Shown here: positions 8,692-16,656 of the stretch, one piece after another
Numbering within the stretch: position 1 is the first letter of the stretch
Layout: each line of letters opens with the position of its first letter
Assembly (NCBI GenBank): GCA_013791785.1
Contig: VMTD01000047.1
Span: 1,704 to 65,703, forward strand
DNA from: Methanobacteriota archaeon
GTDB lineage: Archaea > Thermoplasmatota > Thermoplasmata > SG8-5
DNA: 64,000 bases
Direction of reading: 5' to 3'
Program-made: the position numbers and the translations under genes
Notes under the pieces: model-generated
What the model was told of the DNA's origin: nothing
The model's database searches: none
The model's input: the letters and a program-made list of their open reading frames with translations, nothing else

Positions 8692-10626
8692 TTAAGTGAC
8701 AGTGAAAACGTGCGGGTCGGGGATGCCAATCAGCGGATTTGTCTCATCCCTGCCTGACGCATCAGAGGCATGAATGTAATACTGGATTGTGACTCCCGGC
8801 ACCTGGCCCGGTATGAAGGCGGTGTACTGGTTACCGGTAACTTGCGACATTGGAACGACATGATAGGTCGGCTCCGTGGAAAGCTTCCAGCACAACTCCT
8901 GGGCAGTGATATCAGAACCGCTGTATGCCGTAATCTTCGCCTTAATCTCTATCGGCTCGCTGTCTGGCTTCGGTCCCCTGACTGGGAAATGCTGGATATA
9001 CAGCATTCCCAAATCAGGAATGCCTCTTGTCCTGCAGTGCAATGCGTCAGTTGATTCCCATGTCCCGGTGAAGCCGATTATCTCATAGCCTGGCATGGCT
9101 GCCTGATACGATGCTATAGCTTCGTCATCCCAGGAGCCGCCCATGATGGGCAGCAGAACCTTGTCATTCAAAATCAGGCAATTCGAGTACGGCTCGTCGT
9201 TCGGCGTATAAACCCTGTAAACCTGATATGGGGTGCCGTAAGCAGATATCTGGCTCTCGAAGTAATCCACCGCAGCTTCAATTTCATCGTACTGGATATG
9301 TTCCACAGGAACTTCGCGAATCATTATCTTGTCCACATCCAGGTACTTGGCCCAGCAGTCTATGTGCTTGATATATTCCCCGTTCGCATCCGGAACGATA
9401 TGGTATGTGTCTATGTTCAGGTAATCCTTGTGCAGCTGTCTTACCTGTGTCTCCGTGAGACCGGCATTCTCCTCCAATACCAAGTCGGTCGAAACAGAGA
9501 TGCCCTGGCCGTCTGTCATGTAATTTCCGCCAGCATGATATACGTCCATGTAGTCCAAAGGCACACCGAGATAGCTGGCGACTGCGGCAGGAACCGCATT
9601 GTCAGCCGGTCTCGGTCTGTTATATGGGAAGTCCACAATCCCGAAATCGCCGTTTTCGTCTGTAATCCACCATGGACCGTAATCCCTGGTCCAGTAGGAG
9701 TCTGAATCCGCAATTATCCACTCGCAGTTGGCCAGGTTCACTCCGTTGTTCCCGTAAAAGTTTATGGCCTGGTTCATTACCGTGGTACTCCTGACTAGGG
9801 TGTAAACGATATCTTCTTCCGCAATTTCGGCGATGACGTCATAGGATATTCCAAGCGTGTACCTAATCAGCACGCCCTGCATTCTCTCGAACTCTGCTGT
9901 CTGACGTATGGGCTCCGGGTTCACGACGTCCCATGTGATATCGGAAGTGGAATGCACCCAGTAGCCGTGGCCTGTCTCCAAGGTAACGCCGGCCAGGTCG
10001 GCAGTGTCTATTATGTAGGGCGAGAGCGTCTGATAGTATGACATAATATCCACAGTCAGGGGAAGAGTTTCACTGGCGCTTACCTGTACCCGGGACGGGT
10101 AACCGACAAGGTTCCAGCCCGCATAAAGCAGTATCTGGGTCACGCCCGGCTCTTCCCCATTTACGCTCAGCATCTCGTCTGAGCCTGGATCAGTTATATA
10201 CACCCACAATCCCATGGTGTTGTCGATGTAATTTAGGTCATTAGTTGTTGCCCCGATGCGATAAGTCTTCCAGGGATTGGCCGGTGTCTGAGGATTGTAC
10301 CATTTCACGACACTCCAGGTCGTGTCACCCCCGGCGTCGTTCAACACCGATTCAGGCGAGCCAGCTGCTGTGACAGGGAATGAAATGAAATTCCAGCCGC
10401 TGATAATAGGTGTGTCGTAATGCGGGCTCGGCGCGGGGTGGCTGCGGGGGCCAGTTTCGGCCGGGGGACTGTCCGTTACATTATAGAACAAATGGGCCGC
10501 TGTCTCCGGCGTTCCGTGCGAGTCAATGCTTTGTGTATCCACCATTCCCATGAAAATGCTCGAGAACATCAAAGCTGCAATAATGAATCCAATCGCAAAA
10601 ATCCTTGTAATGCTATTGTCTCTCAT
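8692..10626 (-). CDS. secreted protein with agmatine deiminase / Porphyromonas-type peptidylarginine deiminase (guanidino-modifying) catalytic domain plus beta-rich domains
   Basis: signal peptide; WTRDYGPWW and DALHCRTRGIP (catalytic Cys) motifs typical of the agmatine deiminase/PPAD superfamily; the N-terminal region is paralogous to the C-terminus of 5437..7401; TATA ctttatatacg about 30 nt upstream. Confidence 0.6.
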   Translation of the reverse strand: MRDNSITRIFAIGFIIAALMFSSIFMGMVDTQSIDSHGTPETAAHLFYNVTDSPPAETGPRSHPAPSPHYDTPIISGWNFISFPVTAAGSPESVLNDAGGDTTWSVVKWYNPQTPANPWKTYRIGATTNDLNYIDNTMGLWVYITDPGSDEMLSVNGEEPGVTQILLYAGWNLVGYPSRVQVSASETLPLTVDIMSYYQTLSPYIIDTADLAGVTLETGHGYWVHSTSDITWDVVNPEPIRQTAEFERMQGVLIRYTLGISYDVIAEIAEEDIVYTLVRSTTVMNQAINFYGNNGVNLANCEWIIADSDSYWTRDYGPWWITDENGDFGIVDFPYNRPRPADNAVPAAVASYLGVPLDYMDVYHAGGNYMTDGQGISVSTDLVLEENAGLTETQVRQLHKDYLNIDTYHIVPDANGEYIKHIDCWAKYLDVDKIMIREVPVEHIQYDEIEAAVDYFESQISAYGTPYQVYRVYTPNDEPYSNCLILNDKVLLPIMGGSWDDEAIASYQAAMPGYEIIGFTGTWESTDALHCRTRGIPDLGMLYIQHFPVRGPKPDSEPIEIKAKITAYSGSDITAQELCWKLSTEPTYHVVPMSQVTGNQYTAFIPGQVPGVTIQYYIHASDASGRDETNPLIGIPDPHVFTVT

Positions 10627-10669
10627 GTAATCCGATAGTGAATAGAGCGTATATAAAGATTATGAAATT

Positions 10670-10834
10670 TTACTGCATAAATGCTCGAGAAAGCCCAGCC
10701 TTGAGGGGCTGAGATGAATCGGCATAAGCAGTAAACTTCCAGCCCTAGCAACAAACGCCAGCCACTTTAGGGGCTGGTAGTTTACGGTATAAGCAGTAAA
10801 AACGTGATAGACCGCCGTGCACATATGCATGGCC
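10670..10834. repeat. interspersed mosaic repeat family A, copy A1 (modules: tactgca.aaatgc.gaga..gggctgagatgaatcgg / cttccagcc..gccagccactttaggggctggtagtttac / cgtgatagaccgccgtgc..atatgcatggcc)
   Basis: near-identical modules recur at 17871..18110, 21779..21950 (inverted), 30851..30957, 43901..44093, 49213..49264 and 58944..59070. Confidence 0.8.
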
Positions 10835-10860
10835 CATACTATTCAATGTCGAAGTCCTGG

Positions 10861-11445
10861 TCACTCATCCCAGACAAACGAAAACACGCAGTGTTCCGCG
10901 CCTTTGTGCACACACTGCTCCTCCGTAACTTTCACGTCCGCTGCCTTTGCCACCCTGACACCAACGCCGTGGAAGAAGCCGGCCAGGTAGGTGCAGAGTA
11001 TGGGCGAGTGTTTGAAATCTGTGAGCGTTAACTTACCCCGGCCCGGCTCGTTCTCCAGAACCTCCAGCTTGCCTGTGTTGTAGTTGTTGCCCCACATCTC
11101 GGGTGCATGCTTCAGAGCCTTGTTGACAGTAAGGAAGTAAGAAATGAAGGACATGATTACGGACGAGTGCTGAGCCGCATCCGAGCCCATGAGGTATATT
11201 CTCTTGTCATTCCATTCAAGCTCGCTCTTGCAGGCCTCGAGAAAAGCGATACGCATATCCAGGGGGAACCAGTCCTTCTCCCGCATATTGCCCACGTCGA
11301 ACGATGGCCAATTCTGTCCCATTCTGGCATTGATCTTCTGGAGCCCCTCCCCGCCGCCTATCTTCCTGATGTAACTGGCATTGACCTTGAAGATGGCTCC
11401 TTTGCACTTAGGGTGTGTTCCGGAATCCATGTGAATACAATACAC
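10861..11445 (-). CDS. V4R (4-vinyl reductase-like) domain protein
   Basis: C-terminal CTYLAGFFHGVGV...EEQCVHKGAEHCVFSF matches the V4R C..G...G....E.C...G...C.F pattern. Confidence 0.5.
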   Translation of the reverse strand: MYCIHMDSGTHPKCKGAIFKVNASYIRKIGGGEGLQKINARMGQNWPSFDVGNMREKDWFPLDMRIAFLEACKSELEWNDKRIYLMGSDAAQHSSVIMSFISYFLTVNKALKHAPEMWGNNYNTGKLEVLENEPGRGKLTLTDFKHSPILCTYLAGFFHGVGVRVAKAADVKVTEEQCVHKGAEHCVFSFVWDE

Positions 11446-11522
11446 TCGGCGTTATAATAAACCTTGCCGCAGCAGTGCGGGAAAAGATAATACTTTTATG
11501 CAACCCCTACATCCCAGCCTCA

Positions 11523-13292
11523 ATGAGGATAGCCACCCTGAACAAGGACAAGTGTCAGTCAAAGAGATGCAACCAGGAGTGCATCAGCTATTGCCCCAGA
11601 GTGAGGAGCGGCGACGAAACAGTCGTCATGGGGGAGAACGGCAAGCCCATAATATCGGAGGAACTGTGCGTGGGCTGCGGGATTTGCGTCCACAAGTGCC
11701 CCTTCGATGCAATACGGATAATCAATCTTGCAGAGGAGCTGGAGGGCGAACTTGTCCAGCAATATGGTGTGAACGGTTTCCGGCTTTATCGGTTGCCGAT
11801 ACCGAGGCCTGGCGAGGTCGTCGGCATGCTGGGGCCCAATGCTATCGGCAAGACAACCGCCCTGAAGATACTCAGCGGCCAGGAAATACCCAACCTTGGT
11901 AACCTTGACGCCACACCGACATGGGAACCGGTCCTGGAGAAGTACGCCGGTACCGAGCTTTACAATCATCTGGAGAAGGTGGCCAACGGCAAACTAACGT
12001 TCTCCTTCAAGCCCCAGTATGTGGATATGTTGCCGAGAGTGCATTCCGGGAAAGTAAGGCAGTTGCTGGAGAAGGTCGAGACCGTGAAGGATATAACCGC
12101 CGTTGCTGCGGAACTGGACCTGAATCCCTGCATCGACAGGGATATCGGCCAGCTTTCCGGCGGCGAACTCCAGAGAGTGGCAATAGCCGCCACCGTGTTG
12201 AAAGATGCCGATATTTATTTCTTCGACGAACCATCGTCCTATCTGGACATCTATCAGCGCCTGAAGATTGCCAAGGTTGTGCAGTCCCTTGCCGAGGAGA
12301 AATCCGTCATGGTCATCGAGCACGATCTGGCAGTGCTGGATTTCCTTGCGGATACAGTTCATCTCATGTACGGCTCCGAGGGTAGCTACGGCGTGCTGGC
12401 CCAGCCACGGACAGTTCGCAACGCCATCAACACGTATCTCGACGGTTTCCTGAAGGAGGAAAATGTCCGAATAAGAGACAGGCCGATCAAATTCGAGGCC
12501 AGGGCTCCCAGGAAGGATTGGGCCGCGATTTCCCTGGTGAGCTTCGGCCAACTGAGAAAGGACTTTGCAAAATTCACGCTGACCACCGAACCCGGCGCGA
12601 TAAAGGCCGGTGAAGTTGTGGGCATAGTGGGCCCCAATGCAACCGGCAAAACAACTTTTGTGAAGATACTGGCCGATGAGATAAAACCCGATGCCGGGGA
12701 AATAGACGCCAACGTGAAAGTGAGTTACAAACCCCAGTACATCGAGCCGAGCTTCGGCGGCACGGTGAACGAATTATTCATGACCGAGCTGGGCAATCGC
12801 ATGACAACCGGATTTTTCAAGTCGGAGATATCCACGCCGCTCAACATGGCGCCGCTCCAGAACAGGGAATTGAAATCCCTCTCCGGCGGAGAACTCCAGA
12901 GGGTAGCAATCGCCCTGGCCCTGGGCAGGGAAGCGGATATCTATCTCATTGACGAGCCGTCTGCGTACCTCGATTCCAACCAGAGGATGGAAGCGGCCCG
13001 AACCATCCGGAGGGTAATGGAAAAGTCCGGGCGCAGCGGCATGATAGTGGATCACGATGTTTATTTCATTGACATGGTCTCCGATTCAATAATGGTCTTC
13101 AGCGGCGAGCCGTCCGTCAGCGGAAAAGGCGAGGGGCCCTTGGGAATGAGAGAAGGCATGAACCTCTTCCTGAGGAATGTGGACATTACTTTCAGACGGG
13201 ACAATGACACGAACCGCCCGAGGATAAACAAGAAAGATTCGCGCCTTGACAGGGAACAGAAATCTTCCGGGGAATTTTATTATACCGAGTAA
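11523..13292 (+). CDS. abcE1: ABCE1 / RNase L inhibitor-type ribosome-recycling ATPase (N-terminal 4Fe-4S domain + two ABC domains)
   Basis: CNQECISYCP and CVGCGICVHKCP FeS motifs followed by two Walker A (GPNAIGKTT / GPNATGKTT), LSGGELQR signatures and Walker B; the ORF-track start at 11415 is N-terminally over-extended, first plausible Met is at 11523. Confidence 0.9.
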   Translation: MRIATLNKDKCQSKRCNQECISYCPRVRSGDETVVMGENGKPIISEELCVGCGICVHKCPFDAIRIINLAEELEGELVQQYGVNGFRLYRLPIPRPGEVVGMLGPNAIGKTTALKILSGQEIPNLGNLDATPTWEPVLEKYAGTELYNHLEKVANGKLTFSFKPQYVDMLPRVHSGKVRQLLEKVETVKDITAVAAELDLNPCIDRDIGQLSGGELQRVAIAATVLKDADIYFFDEPSSYLDIYQRLKIAKVVQSLAEEKSVMVIEHDLAVLDFLADTVHLMYGSEGSYGVLAQPRTVRNAINTYLDGFLKEENVRIRDRPIKFEARAPRKDWAAISLVSFGQLRKDFAKFTLTTEPGAIKAGEVVGIVGPNATGKTTFVKILADEIKPDAGEIDANVKVSYKPQYIEPSFGGTVNELFMTELGNRMTTGFFKSEISTPLNMAPLQNRELKSLSGGELQRVAIALALGREADIYLIDEPSAYLDSNQRMEAARTIRRVMEKSGRSGMIVDHDVYFIDMVSDSIMVFSGEPSVSGKGEGPLGMREGMNLFLRNVDITFRRDNDTNRPRINKKDSRLDREQKSSGEFYYTE

Positions 13293-13318
13293 TCATTCTG
13301 AATCTGTGGAGGCATACC

Positions 13319-13666
13319 ATGAAACACATGCATTACACGGAAATCGAAGAGGAAATTCCGACCGAAGAGGGCGTCAAGGGCATGACCGTTCGCTGGCTCA
13401 TATCCGAGAAAGATGGCGCTGAAAATTTCGCCATGAGGGTGTTCACAATCCAGCCAGGCGGCTACTCGCCGCACCATCAGCATGACTGGGAGCATGAGGT
13501 TTTCATACTGGAGGGAAACGGTATACTCCGGTCCGGTGACAGGAAAGAACCGCTGAAACCGGGCGATTTCATATTCATCAAGCCGGGCGAGCTGCATCAG
13601 ATAAGGAACGAGAGCGACAAAATCGCACGTTTCATGTGTTTGATACCGTCCAAGGGCAAGTGTTGA
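13319..13666 (+). CDS. cupin-2 domain protein
   Basis: 115 aa; cupin motif ...FTIQPGGYSPHHQHDWEHEVFILEGNG...PGELHQIRN. Confidence 0.65.
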   Translation: MKHMHYTEIEEEIPTEEGVKGMTVRWLISEKDGAENFAMRVFTIQPGGYSPHHQHDWEHEVFILEGNGILRSGDRKEPLKPGDFIFIKPGELHQIRNESDKIARFMCLIPSKGKC

Positions 13667-13737
13667 AACCTTGATGCACCAGTCCTGGCATGGGGTATGC
13701 TATTCATAAATAGTATAATCCCGCCAATCAATTGACG

Positions 13738-13852
13738 GTAAGAGTTCAGTATTTTGAAATTTTAGATTTTAGATCTTAGATTTTAGATATTTGCTGGCAG
13801 AATGTCGTCCGTCGTAAATCTACAATCGAAAATCTAAAATCTACAATCGTTA
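13738..13852. repeat. repeat family B, copy B1: inverted arms of tagattttagat(c)ttagattttagat and atctacaatcgaaaatctaaaatctacaatcg around a 28-nt spacer
   Basis: same arms plus the conserved leader taagagttcagt.tt.tgaaatttt recur at 32370..32630; a solo right arm sits at 28255..28315. Confidence 0.75.
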
Positions 13853-13913
13853 TTGGGTAATGTCCTCGATTGTACCGCATAACTAATATACTTGATGTTG
13901 CATATATGTTCTT

Positions 13914-14384
13914 ATGGCGAGACCACGAAGTGAAGTAAAAATTACGTGCCAGATTCCCACGTGCAAATATTATCTTAAAGAAGAAAAAAAGGACATCCTT
14001 AAAAGAGGCAAGAATAAAGCTGGCCATCAACAATATTATTGTAATCACTGCCACAAATGGTTCGTCGAAACAGCGAATACACCGTTATATCATAAACATC
14101 TGTCCGAGGAAGAAATCATCAATATATGCAAACATCTGGTTGAAAAGAATGGTTTACGTTCGATACAGCGTATAACAGGCCACCACCGAGATACGATTGG
14201 CCGTCTTGTAGTAGATCTTGCCGAGCACGCGGAAAGAGCAAATAATTTTCTGATACACAATGTAAAATTGACCCCCATAGAGTGCGATGAATTGTGGTCA
14301 TTTGTGAAAAAAAACAAAAGAAAGTTGAGCCCGGCAGCCCAGATAGCCATGAAGAAGGTGATGCTTGGGTCTACGCAAGCATAA
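13914..14384 (+). CDS. insA: IS1-type transposase N-terminal ORF (InsA-like; zinc finger + HTH)
   Basis: CQIPTCKYY...CNHCHKWF zinc-finger-like; HTH segment; ends just after ECDELWSFVKKNKRK, a hallmark IS1 motif. Confidence 0.7.
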   Translation: MARPRSEVKITCQIPTCKYYLKEEKKDILKRGKNKAGHQQYYCNHCHKWFVETANTPLYHKHLSEEEIINICKHLVEKNGLRSIQRITGHHRDTIGRLVVDLAEHAERANNFLIHNVKLTPIECDELWSFVKKNKRKLSPAAQIAMKKVMLGSTQA

Positions 14385-14905
14385 AACGAAACACATATTT
14401 TTGGCTCTCTTATTCTCTTGGTAAATGGACACAGGAAACGTGCCGTGAAATGATAGAACTCATGTATCACAGACTCGAATTGCCATTTCCGAGCAACAAA
14501 CTTGAAATCTATACCGACGGAAATGATGATTATACCTATGTTTTTCCAGAATATTATGCGAACACCTGTATCATTTACGGGCAGCTAATAAAAATCAAGA
14601 AAGGAGGTCGTCTGGTTAAAAAGATAAAACGACCGATATTTGGAGATCCACGACTGGAGGATATAGAAACAACCGAAATAGAGAATATGAATGGGATAAT
14701 GAGAGAGCGTCTTGGGCGGTTGGTTCGAAAAACTAAGTGTTTCAGCAAGGACATACAGATGCAATGGTGTGCCCTTCAGTTGTTTCAATTTCATTGGAAT
14801 TTCATGAATAGATTTCGGAGAGGAGCAACACCAGCGATGTTGGAAGGGCTGGCTGACGCGCCGTGGACATGGGAGAATTTTTTAACGACTCATTATGCGG
14901 TGTAA
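14294..14905 (+). CDS. insB: IS1-type transposase catalytic ORF (InsB-like), reached by a programmed -1 frameshift at gtgaaaaaaaac (~14303..14314)
   Basis: ORF is in the -1 frame relative to InsA and overlaps it by 91 nt; the A7 run precedes a DAWVYASIK... continuation typical of IS1 InsAB fusions. Confidence 0.65.
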   Translation: MVICEKKQKKVEPGSPDSHEEGDAWVYASIKRNTYFWLSYSLGKWTQETCREMIELMYHRLELPFPSNKLEIYTDGNDDYTYVFPEYYANTCIIYGQLIKIKKGGRLVKKIKRPIFGDPRLEDIETTEIENMNGIMRERLGRLVRKTKCFSKDIQMQWCALQLFQFHWNFMNRFRRGATPAMLEGLADAPWTWENFLTTHYAV

Positions 14906-14986
14906 ATTAGGACACTACCCGAAATTAATTTATACCTTGACAATCATATATTAATATATGGCATTCAGACAGGGGATTTTAGGAAA

Positions 14987-16392
14987 GTGGTAAGTATGCT
15001 TACATTGAAACAGACAATTTCACATGTGCTCATAGGGCAAAAGGGTGGGCCGAAAAGAATTCAGATCATTGAACTGATTAAGGTACGACCATACAATATC
15101 AACCAGCTTGCAGAGATTATGAAATTAAACTATAGAACAGTGAAACATCACATGGAAACCCTCTTGAGAAATGGTTTTGTTATCTCCTCAAAAAGCAGCG
15201 GTTACGGGGAGGTGTTTTTCTTGTCCCCTCTGCTTGAGGATAATTTCGAGCTATTCGAAGATATTATTAAAAAAGCAAACATTACCTCATCACATACCTT
15301 CTTCCAGAACGTGATAGAACAGACAGATACGGCTGTTATTCTCATAGATAAAGATGGAGAGACCTTCTTCTGGAATGCTGCCGCTGAAAAACTTTCGGTT
15401 ACAAAGTAACGGAAGTGATGGGAAAGAGCATCCAGATTTTTCATTATTCGGAACATCTGGAGAGCATAGTAAAAACAGCCATGCAGGGTAAGAAATCCAC
15501 GGCCTTCGATACAATCGCCAAACACAAGTCTGGAGAAATTTTTGATATAAATGCTAGAATTGACCCTATCAGGGATACGGAAGGTTCGATAATCGGATTC
15601 TCCATACTCGCCCAAGACATCACCGACCAGAAAAAAGCAGAAAGGGCATTACGAAGTTCGGAAGAAAGATTCCAGGAGCTTTTCAAGAACACGTTAATCG
15701 GTATCTACCAGACAACCTCCGAGGGCCAAATTCTCCTGGCAAACCCGGCGCTCGTCCGTATGTTAGGATTCTCATCCTTAGCAGAACTCTCCAAACGAAA
15801 CCTGGAGAAGGAGGGATTTGCCGAGAGTGTTTCACGTTCTGACTTCAAGAAACGCATAGAACGTAATGGACAGGTCGCTGGGTTCGAAACCTCTTGGACC
15901 AAGAAGGATGGTTCCATTCTTCACGTCCGTGAAAACGCCAAAGCGGTCCAGGATGGTAAAGGTAATATTGCGTTCTATTGTGGAACCGTTGAAGATCTCT
16001 CTCAGCAAAAGAAAATTCATGAAGATCTACACGAATCGAAGATAATGTTCGATACGCTCGTGAGCATCCTCCCCGAGGCCGTGATGATGACGGATATCGA
16101 AGGAAAAATCATATATTCGTCGCAACAGGCGCTTGAAATGTATGGACACTCAAGCGAGAAACAGATGCTGGGGAAAAATATTATTGACTTTGTTACACCC
16201 GAAGATTACAGAAAGGCTACGAAATTTATGAATCGAACTCTATCTGAGGGTATTGTAAATGAGATAAAATGCAAGTCGTTGAGGAAAGACGGCTCAAGCT
16301 TCCTGGCCGAACTGAGTGCCTCGGTAATTCGGAACAGCGAAGGGAACCCGAAAGCCATCATCGTGACGATAAAGGAATGCAGTACCCGATGA
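14987..16392 (+). pseudogene. winged-HTH + three PAS-domain sensor regulator, split into two ORFs (14987..15409, 15415..16392) by a frameshift in an A5 run (~15387..15391)
   Basis: reading ttcggttacaaagtaacggaagtgatgggaaag in the downstream frame gives ...AAEK(L/T)FGYKVTEVMGKSIQIF, a continuous PAS core; the two ORFs are adjacent and on the same strand. Confidence 0.6.
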
Positions 16393-16445
16393 TTAAAGAT
16401 ATTCTCACCGAATTCACGCTAATTGTATCTGAAACGTTTTCATGC

Positions 16446-16594
16446 GTCATCGGTTAAGGCGAGCCGGGCATAATCAACACGCCGTATAGCCGAACTCGGG
16501 CGAACCGCCGATTTCGTCTCGGCCCAGCGAGGTTCTGAGTTCGGGCTTCCGAGAGGACTAATCCGTCACAGAGCTAGCATCCTTAACCGATGAC
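16446..16594. repeat. family E cassette: a 14-bp perfect inverted repeat gtcatcggttaagg / ccttaaccgatgac bounding ~120 bp
   Basis: the same 14-mer pair bounds a different ~130-bp interior at 18143..18301. Confidence 0.6.
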
Positions 16595-16656
16595 CAATGA
16601 ATGTGTATTACTTCTGTAACTTCTCTTCCTTTAACGATACCTCTGTGACACGGCAC

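Larger units (their letters stand above)
13855..14920 (+). mobile_element. IS1-family insertion sequence (~1.07 kb) with ~28-bp imperfect terminal inverted repeats
   Basis: left end gggtaatgtcctcgattgtaccgcataa vs reverse complement of right end gggtagtgtcctaatttacaccgcataa (21/28); encodes InsA-like and InsB-like ORFs joined by an A7C slippery site. Confidence 0.75.

Noticed and set aside
11415-11522. N-terminal 36-codon extension of ABCE1 given in the ORF track
   Set aside because: The extension (MFRNPCEYNTLGVIINLAAAV...) precedes the point where the conserved ABCE1 FeS domain begins, at the internal Met (11523). It overlaps the divergent promoter region, and the ORF caller simply took the longest ORF.
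13745-13852. Possible CRISPR array suggested by tandem tagattttagat units
   Set aside because: Only two or three units per arm; units are directly adjacent or separated by 1-4 nt rather than by uniform 25-50-nt spacers; the two arms are inverted copies; no cas genes in the window.
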